Origin: Candidatus Eiseniibacteriota bacterium
Lineage (GTDB): Bacteria; Eisenbacteria; RBG-16-71-46
Length of the DNA stretch: 64,000 nucleotides
Reading direction: 5' to 3'
NCBI GenBank assembly: GCA_044223005.1
Contig: JBGAML010000011.1
Location: forward strand, 99,181 to 163,180
Made by a program: the position numbers and the translations under genes. This document shows, piece by piece, positions 21,953 to 32,272 of this stretch. Every line of letters begins with the position of its first letter. The stretch's first letter is position 1. The notes beneath the pieces were generated by a model. It was given only the letters and a program-made list of their open reading frames with translations. It did no database searches and was not told the origin of the DNA.

Positions 21953-22739
21953 GGTGGTCCTCCTTCACGCGCTTCGACCAGCCCGTCACCATCGAGCGGA
22001 ACGTGTCCCAGCCGTCGGCGATCACGAGGATCACGTGCGGCACCATGAAGCTCGCGAGCACGAGCATGCACGCGAAGTGGACGATGCGCGCGCCGTCGTA
22101 GTTGCCGAACGCGCGCTCGAGCAGCCCCAGCTGCGACGGCTTGTGCATGGCCCAGCCGGACAGCACGGCCAGCAGCCCGAAGACCGGCATCGACGCGTAG
22201 GCGCTCCGCTGGAGCGCGTTGTACTTGCCGGCGATCACGGGGTGCGGCCAGGGCCGGCGGCGGATCGCCATGGGCAGCACGCCCGCGTAGTAGCGCAGCA
22301 TCGCGGCCGCTTCGGCGACGTCGCCACGCCGTGGCAGCAGCGCGCGCCAGCCGCCGCCCGCGGCGAGCCCCAGCACGTAGAGCACCCCGTTCGCCATGAA
22401 GACGTACGCGAGCAGCCAGTGCAGCCGCAGCGCCGCCGCGAGCTGTCCCGTTCCGAGCCCGAAGTGATCGTAGATCCAGTGCGCCGGGTTGCCGCCGCGA
22501 TCGCGCAGCAGCGCCGCGATGCGGAGGCCGAGGTCGGCGAGGTACTCGCGCTGGCCCGTCACGGGATCGGGCGCGTGCCGGAACACGGGCGAGGCCCAGT
22601 AGATCGAGAGCCCGCTCGCCACCAGACCCAGCAGCAGCGGCAGGTTGCCCCAGTGCGCGAGCCGCACCAGCGCATGATGCTTGGGCACCACGCGCACGGG
22701 CGCGTCCGCCACCACCGCCTTCGCCGACGTCACCGCCAT
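21945..22739 (-). CDS. Cytochrome b/b6-domain membrane protein (redox partner of the molybdoenzyme)
   Basis: VRLAHW, LHWLLAY, KYNALQRSAY, ARIVHF, PHVILV; overlaps the next gene. Confidence 0.88.
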   Translation of the reverse strand: MAVTSAKAVVADAPVRVVPKHHALVRLAHWGNLPLLLGLVASGLSIYWASPVFRHAPDPVTGQREYLADLGLRIAALLRDRGGNPAHWIYDHFGLGTGQLAAALRLHWLLAYVFMANGVLYVLGLAAGGGWRALLPRRGDVAEAAAMLRYYAGVLPMAIRRRPWPHPVIAGKYNALQRSAYASMPVFGLLAVLSGWAMHKPSQLGLLERAFGNYDGARIVHFACMLVLASFMVPHVILVIADGWDTFRSMVTGWSKRVKEDHHG

Positions 22740-22813
22740 CGTTCGCCTCCTCGCGCCGGCGGAAGGCCGGCACCCACGCGCTTACGGTAGGGGTTGCGCC
22801 GCGTGACGACCAG

Positions 22814-22849
22814 AAAAAGCAAAGGGGCGGCGCCGTCGAGCGCCGCCCC
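22814..22849 (-). terminator. Intrinsic terminator after the pirin gene
   Basis: On the minus strand: ggggcggcgc-tcgacg-gcgccgcccc followed by tttgcttttt. Confidence 0.75.
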
Positions 22850-22865
22850 GCCGCATTCGGGGGAA

Positions 22866-23771
22866 TCAGTCGTGCTTGATGAACGTGCCGTCGTTGAGCT
22901 CGGCGATCGCCTGGCGCAGTTCGTCGCGCGTGTTCATGACGATCGGTCCGTACCACGCCACCGGTTCCTCGATCGGCCGGCCGGAGACGAGCAGGAACCG
23001 GATGCCCTGCTCGCCCGCCTGCACGGTGATCTCGTCGCCGGAACCGAACATGACGAGCGAGCGGTTGCCGGTACGGTCGTAGACCGGATCCTCCACGGGG
23101 CCGCCGTCGTCGGTCAGCACGGCGCGGGGCGCCGAGGCGTCGCGGAACGAGCCCTCGCCGTCGAACACGTACGCGAACGCGTTCCGCCGTGTATCGATCG
23201 GCAGCGTGCGGCGCACGCCCGCCGGCACCCACACGTCGAGGTACTGCGGATCCGCCGCGATGCCTTCGACCGGCCCACGCTTGCCCCAGAAGTCGCCGCA
23301 CAGGATGCGCACGCGCGTGCCGTCGTCGTCCGTGACCTCGGCCACGTCCTTGGAGAGCACGTCCTGGTAGCGCGGCTTCGTCATCTTCTGCGACGCGGGC
23401 AGGTTCGCCCACAGCTGGAAGCCGTGCATGCGCCCCTGGTCGTCGCCCTGCGGCATCTCCTGGTGCAGGATGCCGCTGCCCGCGGTCATCCACTGGATAT
23501 CGCCGGAGCCGAGCGTGCCGTGGTTGCCGAGGCTGTCGCCGTGCGCGACGGTGCCCGAGAGGACATACGTGATCGTCTCGATGCCGCGATGCGGATGCCA
23601 CGGGAAGCCCTTGATGTAGTCCGCGGGCCGCTCGTTGCGGAAGTCGTCGAACAGCAGGAAGGGATCGGTCTCGTCGGTGTCGCCGAATCCGAACGCGCGG
23701 CGCAGCTTCACCCCGGCGCCTTCCATCGTGGGCTGGGATTCGACGATGCGCTTCACGGGACGGATGGACAT
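22866..23771 (-). CDS. Pirin-family protein
   Basis: DPFLLFDDF, GFPWHPHRGIETITY, QWMTAGSGILHQE, GFQLWANLP, YGPIVMNT; start MSIRPVK with GGAGG RBS. Confidence 0.95.
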   Translation of the reverse strand: MSIRPVKRIVESQPTMEGAGVKLRRAFGFGDTDETDPFLLFDDFRNERPADYIKGFPWHPHRGIETITYVLSGTVAHGDSLGNHGTLGSGDIQWMTAGSGILHQEMPQGDDQGRMHGFQLWANLPASQKMTKPRYQDVLSKDVAEVTDDDGTRVRILCGDFWGKRGPVEGIAADPQYLDVWVPAGVRRTLPIDTRRNAFAYVFDGEGSFRDASAPRAVLTDDGGPVEDPVYDRTGNRSLVMFGSGDEITVQAGEQGIRFLLVSGRPIEEPVAWYGPIVMNTRDELRQAIAELNDGTFIKHD

Positions 23772-23887
23772 GCTGCCTCCGGAGGGGTTGCGGGTGGATG
23801 GAACGCCCATTCGGATGCCGTCCCGGCGGAGTGGATGCGGGGGGGCGCCCGGGTGGCGGGCCCGGCGGCGCGAAACGACTCGCACCA

Positions 23888-23918
23888 TTGACAGGCCCCG
23901 GCCGCGAAATGCTAGAGT
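23888..23918 (+). promoter_or_regulatory. Putative sigma70 promoter for the rsgA leader
   Basis: TTGACA (23888-23893) and extended -10 TGcTAGAGT; the 19-nt spacer is longer than ideal. Confidence 0.5.
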
Positions 23919-23973
23919 TGGGACGTCGCCGCGCGCGTGGTGCGCGCGGCCGATCGCCGAAAGGAGCCCGCAC

Positions 23974-24030
23974 ATGGCAGCCCTTGCCCGTACGACCCGT
24001 GCGTCACGGCCCTTCCGGCATCGCGCCTGA
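23974..24030 (+). CDS. Putative leader peptide MAALARTTRASRPFRHRA
   Basis: AAGGAG RBS at 23961-23966, 7 nt before ATG; followed by a terminator and then rsgA. Confidence 0.55.
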   Translation: MAALARTTRASRPFRHRA

Positions 24031-24061
24031 CACCGCTCCCGACTCCCGAGCGAAGTGTCCG

Positions 24062-24089
24062 CGCCGTCCCGTGAAGGGGCGGCGTTTTT
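24062..24089 (+). terminator. Intrinsic terminator in the rsgA 5' leader (candidate attenuator)
   Basis: cgccgtccc-gtgaa-ggggcggcg-ttttt. Confidence 0.7.
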
Positions 24090-24190
24090 CATTGGCGCCG
24101 CGGTGACGCCTTTCCCGCGCCGACGCTCCGCGGGCGTGCCGACGCACGCCCATCGCACGCGTGATCCCACCGAAAGGCACACACCAAGTC

Positions 24191-25261
24191 ATGACTCTCG
24201 AGTCGCTGGGCTGGAACGAGACGTTCGCATCGCAGTTCGCCGTCCATCGTGAACAGGGCCTCGAGCCTGCGCGCGTCGCGCGCGAGGACCGGGACCGCTA
24301 CCTCGTGCTCGACGCCGCGGGCGAACGGCTCGCCGTGCTCGCCGGGCGCTTCCGCCACGACGCGACCTCGCGCGCCGAGTGGCCGGCCGTCGGCGACTGG
24401 GTCGCCGTGCGCGCGGAGGCGGGCACCACGCAGGTGCACGCCGTGCTCGCACGCACCAGCGCGTTCGTGCGCGACGATCCCGGGCGCGCGGTCGAAGCGC
24501 AGGTCGTCGCCGCCAACGTCGACGCCGTGTTCCTCGTCTGCGGCCTCGACGCCGACTTCAATCCGCGGCGTATCGAACGCTACGTCGCGACCGCGTGGGA
24601 GAGCGGTGCGCAGCCGGTGCTGCTGCTCAACAAGGCGGACCTCGACGCCGATCCGGCCGCGCGCGTGGCGGAGGTCGAAGCGCTCGCGCCGGGCGTGCCG
24701 GTGCTCGCGCTCTCGGCACTGGAGGGCGCGGGGCTCGATGCGCTCGCGCCGTGGCTCGGCGCGGGACGCACGGTCGCGCTCGTCGGCTCGTCGGGCGTGG
24801 GCAAGAGCACGCTCGTCAACGCGCTGCTCGGCGACGAGCGCCAGGCGACGGGAGCGGTGCGCGAGGACGATTCGCGCGGCCGCCACACGACGACGCATCG
24901 CGAGCTGGTGCCGCTGCCGGGCGGCGCGCTGCTGCTCGACACGCCCGGCATGCGGCGGCTGGATCTCTGGCTCGACGGCGAAGGGTTGGACGGCGCATTC
25001 CCCGAGATCGCCGAGTTCGCGCGGTCGTGCCGCTTCCGCGACTGCAGCCACGAGCGCGAGCCCGGGTGCGCCGTGCGCGCGGCGCTCCAGTCGGGAGCGC
25101 TCGCCGCAGAGCGCTGGGAGTCGTGGTGCAAGCTGCAGCGCGAGCTGCGGTGGCTCGAGACGCGCCAGGACGCCGCCGCCCGCGCGGCGGAGGAGAAGAA
25201 GTGGAAGGCGATCACGCGCTCGATGAAGCACCACCCGAAGGCGGATCGATGGCGCCGGTAG
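24191..25261 (+). CDS. rsgA: Ribosome small subunit-dependent GTPase A (long form)
   Basis: Circularly permuted GTPase: NKAD, GSSGVGKST, GRHTT, DTPG; zinc knuckle CRFRDCSHEREPGC. Confidence 0.95.
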   Translation: MTLESLGWNETFASQFAVHREQGLEPARVAREDRDRYLVLDAAGERLAVLAGRFRHDATSRAEWPAVGDWVAVRAEAGTTQVHAVLARTSAFVRDDPGRAVEAQVVAANVDAVFLVCGLDADFNPRRIERYVATAWESGAQPVLLLNKADLDADPAARVAEVEALAPGVPVLALSALEGAGLDALAPWLGAGRTVALVGSSGVGKSTLVNALLGDERQATGAVREDDSRGRHTTTHRELVPLPGGALLLDTPGMRRLDLWLDGEGLDGAFPEIAEFARSCRFRDCSHEREPGCAVRAALQSGALAAERWESWCKLQRELRWLETRQDAAARAAEEKKWKAITRSMKHHPKADRWRR

Positions 25262-25284
25262 GCCGCATACCCCGCCGGCGGGAA

Positions 25285-25312
25285 GCCCGGTCGAACGCCC
25301 GTTCGACCGGGC
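25285..25312. terminator. Hairpin after rsgA
   Basis: gcccggtcgaac-gccc-gttcgaccgggc. Confidence 0.5.
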
Positions 25313-25419
25313 GCAACATCCGCGCTCCTGCCGGGCGATGCCGCGCGGCCGAGCCTCCCCGGCGTGCTACGCTCGTGGGGCATCCCGCTTCCCCACGAGT
25401 ACTCATCCTTGGAGCCGTC

Positions 25420-28400
25420 ATGCGCCCCTTCGTTCCACGCTTCCTCGCCGCCGCGGGCCTCGCGCTCGTCGTGGCGTTCGTGACCGCGCCCCTCGCGCGA
25501 GCCGCGGCCACGCACGTCGTCATCAGCGAGTTCGCCACCCGCGGGCCGTCCGCGGCGACCGACGAATTCGTCGAACTCTACAACCCGACCTCCGCACCGA
25601 TCAGCATCGCGGGCTGGAAACTGCAGTACAAGTCCGCCACCGGCACCGTGTGGAACGACCGCGCGACGCTGCCGGCCAACACGACGATCGCGGCGCACGG
25701 CTTCTACCTGATCGCCAACCAGACGTACGTGGGCACGGTGACGCCCGACTTCACGTCGGGTTCGTGGGGCTCCGGCACCGGCATGGCCGACAACGGCAAC
25801 ATCCGCATCCTCGACGCGGGCGCGCTCGAAGTCGACAAGATCGGCTGGGGTACGGGCAACGATCCCGAGGGTGGCGTCGACGCGCCCAACCACGGCACGT
25901 CCGCGAACAACAACTCGGTCGAGCGCAAGGCGCTCGCGGGATCCACGGCGGACTCGCTCGCGGCGGGCGGCCTGCACGAGCTGCTCGGCAACGGCCAGGA
26001 CACCGACGTCAACGGCAGCGACTTCGTGGTGCAGACGCACGGCCGCAATCCGCAGAACGCGCTGAACCTGCCCGAACCCGCGATCGCGGTGGGCGGCAGC
26101 GGCACGGGCCACGCGGTGGCCTCGCCGGCGACGGCCTTCGTGGGCCAGACGCTGGGCAGTGTCGCGCTCGCGTTCAGCCAGGACTCCTCGTACACGATCA
26201 CGAACATCGCGGTCACGATCCCGTCGGGCTGGACGTGGTCGCACTCGCTCGCGGACGTGGCGCTCAGCGGCGCGGCGTTCGCGACCGCGACGCCGTCGGT
26301 GGTGGGCGACACCGTGTTCGTCACCGGTGCCGCGCTGACCACGGTGGACGCGGGCACGCTCACGATCTCGACGATCACGCCGCCTTCCAGCAAGGGCTCG
26401 TCGTTCCTTTCGACGCGCACCGCCACCGCCACGGGCACGCTGACGTCGATCGCGCCCGTGCCGGCCGTGCGCGTGCTCGAGCTGGTGCCGATCGTCTCGC
26501 TGCACGTGAACGACGCGACGGGCGTCGCGACGTCGCCGTACGCGGTCGGCGCCGAAGCGACGGTGACCGGCATCGTGACGGCCAACCTGAGCAGCGTGCG
26601 CACGGACGTCTACCTGCAGGACGTGAGCGGCGCGATCGACCTCTTCAACGCCGCGCTGGCCCCGGTCACGCTCGCGCCGGGGGACAGCGTCACGGTGACG
26701 GGCTCGATCCTGCAGTTCCGCGGGCTCACCGAGCTGCAGCCGGACTTCTCGCTGATGACCGTGCATTCGAGCGGCCATCCGGTGCCGGATCCGCTCGTGA
26801 TGACCTGCGCCGAGCTGAACGCCACGTTCCACGCGGACGGCACCGAGCCCAACGAGAGCCGGCTGATCCGCATCAACGGCGTCACCTACAACTCGGTCGC
26901 GTCCACGATCACGGACGCCTCGGGCACGGCGAACATCTTCATCCCGGCGACCTACCCGGCGGTGCCGGCGGTGTTCGACATCATCGGCATCCTGAAGCAG
27001 TTCAAGCCCGGCACGCCGGCGCCCGGACCGCCGTACACGGCGGACTACGAGATCACGCCGCGCACGCCGGACGACATCATCGCCCACCCGGGACCGGTCA
27101 TCACCGCGGGCCCGAGCGAAGACCAGATCGCGGCGACGTCCGTGCGGCTCAACTGGACCACCGACGTCGCGTCGACCAGCATCGTGCACTTCGGCACCAC
27201 GCCCGCGCTGGGCGACAGCACGGTGGACCTCACGGCGGTGACGACGCACGCGCTCACCGTGACCGGCCTGCTGCCGGCGACGGTCTACTACTACAGCGTG
27301 GGCTCGGAGGACGTGAACGGCCGCAACTTCTCGCCGACCGGCGTCTTCAGCACGGCGTCGCCGCCGGCGGCCAGCGGCGCGATCCACGCCTACTTCAACA
27401 AGTCGGTGAACACGTCGGTCGCCTTCCCGGTTGCGGCGAACGGCAACGCCGACCTCACGGCCATCCTCGCGGGCCGCATCGCCACCGCGCAGCGTTCGGT
27501 GGACGCCGCGATCTACAACCTGAGTGGCACGCCGGGCACGACGCTGGCCAACGCGCTCATCGCGGCCAAGAACCGCGGCGTCGCCGTGCGCATCGTCTGC
27601 GAGTACGACAACTCCACGGCGTCGGGCTTCACGGCGCTGCAGTCGGCGGGCATCCCGCTCATCACCGACCGCTTCGACCCGATCAACAACGGCACCGGGC
27701 TCATGCACGACAAGTTCTTCGTGATCGACGCGCACGGCGGCGCTCCGGAGAGCGTGTGGGTGTGGACGGGCTCGTGGAACCCGACCGATCCCGGCACGAA
27801 CAACGACCTGCAGAACGCGATCGAGTTCCAGGACCCGGCGCTCGCGAACGTCTACACGATGGAGTTCGACGAGATGTGGGGGAGCCACACGAGCGTGCCC
27901 AACTCGGGCGCGTCGCGCTTCGGCCAGCGCAAGCTGGACGACACGCCGCACCACTTCGCGATCGGCGGCCACCCGGTCGAGGCGTACTTCAGCCCGTCCG
28001 ACGGCACGACGAGCCACATCATCTCCACGATCAACGCCGCGCAGCACTCGATCGGCTTCCAGCAGCTCACGATCACGCGTTCGGACATCGCGGCCGCGCT
28101 GATCGCGAAGCACACCGGCGGCACGGCGGTGCGTGGTGACATGGACAGCGACTCGGACGCGGGTTCGGAGTACGCGAACCTGGTGGGCGCCGGCGTCGAC
28201 GTGAAGCTCAAGACCGGCTACTCGGGCCTGCTGCACCACAAGTACCTGATCGTGGACGCGGACAACCCCCACTGGGACGGCACCGTGCTCACGGGCTCGC
28301 ACAACTGGTCGGCGGCGGCGGAGAACTCGAACAACGAGAACACCGTCATCGTCCACGACCCGCTGACCGCGAACGCGTATCTTCAGGAATTCACGGCCCG

Positions 28401-28728
28401 CTACTACCAGTTCGGCGGCACGGACTCGGTGCACGTGACCGATGCGCCCACGAACGGCCTGCCGCGCACGCTGGAGCTGTCTCAGAACTTCCCGAACCCG
28501 TTCCGGCTCTCCACGCGGATCGCGTACGCCCTGCCGTCGGCGACGCGGGTGACGCTGCGGCTCTACGACGTGCAGGGCCGCCAGGTCCGCACGCTGGTCG
28601 ACGGCGTGCAGCCGGCCGGGCGCCACTCGGTGATGCTCGAACCGCAGGGTCTCGCGGCGGGCGTGTACCTCGCGCGCCTCGACGCCGCCGGCCACACGCA
28701 GCAGCGCAAGCTGCTGTACCTGAAGTAG
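25420..28728 (+). CDS. Secreted multidomain protein: lamin-tail domain, OB-fold, Fn3/PAP-N, two PLD (HKD) domains, FlgD-Ig/T9SS-CTD-like tail; probable extracellular nuclease or phospholipase
   Basis: VVISEF..DEFVELYNPT; GDSVTVTG...FRGLTEL; HDKFFVID..WTGSWN; HHKYLIVD..TGSHNWS; QNFPNPF..YDVQGRQV..AAGVYLARL. Confidence 0.9.
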   Translation: MRPFVPRFLAAAGLALVVAFVTAPLARAAATHVVISEFATRGPSAATDEFVELYNPTSAPISIAGWKLQYKSATGTVWNDRATLPANTTIAAHGFYLIANQTYVGTVTPDFTSGSWGSGTGMADNGNIRILDAGALEVDKIGWGTGNDPEGGVDAPNHGTSANNNSVERKALAGSTADSLAAGGLHELLGNGQDTDVNGSDFVVQTHGRNPQNALNLPEPAIAVGGSGTGHAVASPATAFVGQTLGSVALAFSQDSSYTITNIAVTIPSGWTWSHSLADVALSGAAFATATPSVVGDTVFVTGAALTTVDAGTLTISTITPPSSKGSSFLSTRTATATGTLTSIAPVPAVRVLELVPIVSLHVNDATGVATSPYAVGAEATVTGIVTANLSSVRTDVYLQDVSGAIDLFNAALAPVTLAPGDSVTVTGSILQFRGLTELQPDFSLMTVHSSGHPVPDPLVMTCAELNATFHADGTEPNESRLIRINGVTYNSVASTITDASGTANIFIPATYPAVPAVFDIIGILKQFKPGTPAPGPPYTADYEITPRTPDDIIAHPGPVITAGPSEDQIAATSVRLNWTTDVASTSIVHFGTTPALGDSTVDLTAVTTHALTVTGLLPATVYYYSVGSEDVNGRNFSPTGVFSTASPPAASGAIHAYFNKSVNTSVAFPVAANGNADLTAILAGRIATAQRSVDAAIYNLSGTPGTTLANALIAAKNRGVAVRIVCEYDNSTASGFTALQSAGIPLITDRFDPINNGTGLMHDKFFVIDAHGGAPESVWVWTGSWNPTDPGTNNDLQNAIEFQDPALANVYTMEFDEMWGSHTSVPNSGASRFGQRKLDDTPHHFAIGGHPVEAYFSPSDGTTSHIISTINAAQHSIGFQQLTITRSDIAAALIAKHTGGTAVRGDMDSDSDAGSEYANLVGAGVDVKLKTGYSGLLHHKYLIVDADNPHWDGTVLTGSHNWSAAAENSNNENTVIVHDPLTANAYLQEFTARYYQFGGTDSVHVTDAPTNGLPRTLELSQNFPNPFRLSTRIAYALPSATRVTLRLYDVQGRQVRTLVDGVQPAGRHSVMLEPQGLAAGVYLARLDAAGHTQQRKLLYLK

Positions 28729-28748
28729 GTTTGCGACAAGAGGCACTG

Positions 28749-28792
28749 GACACCTCGGCCCCGCGATCGCGAGATCGCGGGGCCGAGGTGTC
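28749..28792. terminator. Perfect 20-bp hairpin with a GCGA loop between convergent genes
   Basis: gacacctcggccccgcgatc-gcga-gatcgcggggccgaggtgtc. Confidence 0.7.
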
Positions 28793-28827
28793 TTTCGGGA
28801 AAAGCCGCCCGGCTGCGCCGGGAAATG

Positions 28828-31092
28828 CTACTGCTGCAGCGCGTACGAGATCTTCGCGAACGCCTGCCGGCCGCTGTGCTCGAGGCGGCCGCTCAGGTCC
28901 GACCACGTGCGGTTGTCGCCGTAGCCGGCGTAGAGCACGGTCTGCCAGTTGAGCTTGTACGCGAACAGCGCCGACGCGTCGAAGTGCGCCGACTTGGGGT
29001 TCACGCCGAACGTGTAGAGCGACGCGTCGCGCGACGTCACCTGGTACTGGCCGATGCCGCGTACGAACGTGCGGGCGTTGAACGACCACGTCGCGCGCAG
29101 CCGCTCGACCTGCGTGAGGAAGAGCCGTCCGGAATGCCCCGACTCGGCCTCCACGTTGAGCCAGCGCGCGCTGGCGTCGTTGCGCAGCTCGAGGTGCTTG
29201 TTCGGGCGCAGCATGAGCAGCCCGATCAGCGTCGTGCCTGTGCCTTCGCGCGCATTGTCGAAGTCGATCTCCTGGCCCACGTACGCGTCGATCGACCACA
29301 GGTTCACGATCGACCCCGGGCTGGACTGGAAGTACAGCCGCGGGCGGAACCGGTGAAGGACCTGGCCGCCGACCAGGATGTCGTCGTGGTTGAACTCGGC
29401 CCGGCCCTGGCTGTTCATCTTGCCGTCGAACCCGAACCCCGCCGACAGGTGCCGCGTGAGCAGCTGGCCCGACGGCCGCGTGTCCCAGTACTGCGCCTCC
29501 CACAGGCGTACCCGCGAGAAGAACGACTTCTTCGGCCGCACCGTCCAGCCGGCCTCGTGGTAGAGCTCGCGGTAGCCGACCTGCGGGATGAAGCCGTCGT
29601 CGGCGCGAAAGCGCTCGCCCAGCTCCATGCCCTGGAAGAACACGTCGAGCTGGCGGCCGTTGTGCGAGCCGTTGAGCATCACCGCGTGGTCGGTGAACGA
29701 GCGGCCATCCCACTCGCTCGCGAGGTCCGGCCGGTTCGGCGTGCGCGAATCGCTCACGAGGTACTGGCCGAGGAACGTGTCGCCGGCGCGTGGACGCCAC
29801 TGGAAATCCGGTCCGAAGACGCGATTGTGCCCGCCGCCCTCCAGCTCGCGCGTGGTGCCGAGCACGCTCACGAACGACGCGCCGAGGTCGGTGCGCAACC
29901 GCATGATCCCGACGTCGGAAGAGAAGTCCTGCGGCGCGAATCCCGAGCCTTCCGGCCCCGGGAGGATCACGAGTCCGCCGCCCTGGTCGTGCGTGTAGAG
30001 CCCCGTGAACGCCGTGGTGCCCGTGTGCCCCGTGGCGCGCACGCCCGCGCTCGGCGAGGTGATGGTGCGCGTGTACACGGCCTGGAAGGGCAGCGTGAAC
30101 ATGTCCACGCCTTCCAGGAAGAAGGTTCTCTTCTCCGGGTAAAACAGCGCGAAGCGCTCGTTGGTGCCGATCTGCGCCGCGTCGGATTCGACCTGCGAGA
30201 AGTCGGGGTTCACGGTGCCGTCGATCGCGAGGTCGGCGAACGGGCTCCACTTCACGTCCACGCCCGCTTCGGACTTCGGGTCACCCGCCGCGAGCGGCGA
30301 GCCCAGGTCGCCCTTCGGCGCATCCTGGCGTTCGGCCGTCGCGTAGGGCGCGACCACGAGATGCGAGCCGTGCGGCAGGTTCACGAGGCCGGTGAGCCGG
30401 CTCTCGTTGCAGACGAGGCAGTTCCCGCCCCGGGGCAGCCGCGCGCTGAAGTACTGGTAGCGCCGGTCGCGCGGGTGGTTGCGATAGAGCAGCAGGCCCC
30501 AGCCGCTGCTGTCGCCGCTCGAGTAGCGCAGCGACGAGAACGGGATCCGGACCTCGAGGTTCCAGCCCGTCGCCGTGATCTTCCCGACCGCGTCCCAGAA
30601 GAAGTCCGGCGAGCTGTCCTCGCCGGTCGCGTCGTTGGTGATGGCGTCGTACTCCACGCCGCTCGGGTTCGCGAGGAACATGCGCGCCGACTTGCCGTCC
30701 CCGCGGCTGTCGATCAGGAGCCCCGCGTAGTCGGTCGAGGACGGCGTGTTGTCGTGGTCCCCGATGGGCGCGCGGATCAGCTCCGGATGCGGGTCCTCGA
30801 ACTGGAATCCCGCGTAGAGATAATGCTCGTCATACGCGAGCCACGCGAGGTTCTTGACCCTGGGCTCCACATTGTCGCCCGGATTGGTCTCGAACCACTG
30901 CGTGATCGGCGCGACGCCCTTCCAGCCGGCGTCGGAGAGATCGCCGTCGATCGCGATGGGCGCGGTGAGCCGCGTGATCCCGAGCGCCGGCCCCGGCATG
31001 GGGGCGGCGGCCAGGGCCGTCGAGCTCGAGCCGACGGTGAGGGCCAGGATCGTGAGCCACAGGACTCGTGAAGCGGGAGAGAGTGTGCGCAT
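28828..31092 (-). CDS. CBM9-like plus DUF5916-type outer-membrane protein
   Basis: Signal peptide; IDGDLSDAGW; WNLEVRIPFSSLRY; NPDFSQVESDA; EKRTFFLEG; C-terminal FAKISYAL beta-signal. Confidence 0.85.
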   Translation of the reverse strand: MRTLSPASRVLWLTILALTVGSSSTALAAAPMPGPALGITRLTAPIAIDGDLSDAGWKGVAPITQWFETNPGDNVEPRVKNLAWLAYDEHYLYAGFQFEDPHPELIRAPIGDHDNTPSSTDYAGLLIDSRGDGKSARMFLANPSGVEYDAITNDATGEDSSPDFFWDAVGKITATGWNLEVRIPFSSLRYSSGDSSGWGLLLYRNHPRDRRYQYFSARLPRGGNCLVCNESRLTGLVNLPHGSHLVVAPYATAERQDAPKGDLGSPLAAGDPKSEAGVDVKWSPFADLAIDGTVNPDFSQVESDAAQIGTNERFALFYPEKRTFFLEGVDMFTLPFQAVYTRTITSPSAGVRATGHTGTTAFTGLYTHDQGGGLVILPGPEGSGFAPQDFSSDVGIMRLRTDLGASFVSVLGTTRELEGGGHNRVFGPDFQWRPRAGDTFLGQYLVSDSRTPNRPDLASEWDGRSFTDHAVMLNGSHNGRQLDVFFQGMELGERFRADDGFIPQVGYRELYHEAGWTVRPKKSFFSRVRLWEAQYWDTRPSGQLLTRHLSAGFGFDGKMNSQGRAEFNHDDILVGGQVLHRFRPRLYFQSSPGSIVNLWSIDAYVGQEIDFDNAREGTGTTLIGLLMLRPNKHLELRNDASARWLNVEAESGHSGRLFLTQVERLRATWSFNARTFVRGIGQYQVTSRDASLYTFGVNPKSAHFDASALFAYKLNWQTVLYAGYGDNRTWSDLSGRLEHSGRQAFAKISYALQQ

Positions 31093-31468
31093 GTGACTCT
31101 TGGACGCTCCCATGTGGGGAAGGGTTGGTCCGTGCGGACCGCGTTGGGCGTGCCGCAACGGGCGTTCGTGGCGTGGGCGCGGAGATACCCGGAACACCGC
31201 CCCGAGCACTACGCGTGTGACCGGCCCCGGGTTCATGCCGGCCGCGTGAGAGCTGCGATCCCGAACACGCCCTGTGCGATTGCGGGGCAAGCTACCAGAG
31301 CCCCACGAACGCGCACCCGCACCGCGACGAACGCCCGCAAGACTTGAACGAGAGCGCGCGGAGCCGCGCTCAACGCGGCGCTTGCATGAGCGGCGGCGCG
31401 GGCGACGCGTTGGCCTCGTCGAGCCGGCGCCGGGAGCCGCCCCGCTGGATCGCGCGAGGTGCGGCACC

Positions 31469-32272
31469 TCACGGCGCCGGCCGCGCCATGCCCGAGCCGG
31501 CGTCACCCGCTCGCGGGACACCACCCCCGCGGCGCTCGCGCTTCGCCTGCATGAACCCCGCGCCGAAGACGCGTTCGGCTTCGTACGGGTTGTGCGCGTG
31601 GCACCGGAGCCGCAGGTTGTCGTCGGTGGTCTTGCCGCCACGGGCTTTGGTGATCACGTGGTCGTACTGGAGGTTCCGGCGAGACTCGCAGCGCACACCG
31701 TCCGGGCTCTCGAAGGTGCAGCGATGGCCATCCCGCTCCGCGACGCGGCGCTTCATGTCGGCGGGAATGTAGTCACCGTTGGCACGGCTGCGGCGCTTGC
31801 GAGGCGAGTCGGTCTTCGCGAAGCGCTGCTTCTCGAGTTTCGTGATCAGGGCGTCCAGCGCGCGATCGAGCACCTGCGCGAGGTCCTGCGTCGGCACCGT
31901 GTGCCCGAGCAGCTCCTGTGCGCGGCGGAGCTTGTCGTGGGTCTCGCGCGAAATGGTCAGTTGCATCGCGAACCGTTGCGGCGCGATCGGCGCGACGCGC
32001 GCGGGCGGCGCGGGCGGGCTCGCGTGCGCAGCGCCACTCGTCGCGTGTGTAGCCTCGCTGAACGAAACATGCCTTGAGGCATGTTCCAGTGAAACATGCT
32101 GGACAGACGGCGTCGGCGTGACGTTGGGGCCCGGATTCACGAGCGTGAGCGACGGCGCCGGGTCGGTCGACGGGGCCATGACGGGCTCCACGCGCGTCGG
32201 CACGTCCGACGCGGGGAATCGCTCCGCCAGCACGAGCCGGATGCCCTCGCTCTCCCGACCCGCCCCGCGCAC
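31469..32272 (-). pseudogene. HNH endonuclease-domain protein, probably N-terminally truncated
   Basis: YIPADMKRRVAERDGHRCTF..C..NLQYDH..GGKTTDDNLRLRCHAHN; no convincing start or RBS, and only about 75 nt separate it from the upstream gene. Confidence 0.6.

Noticed and set aside
31469..32272. HNH gene as an intact IS or restriction system
   Set aside because: No terminal inverted repeats, target duplication, transposase or methyltransferase seen.
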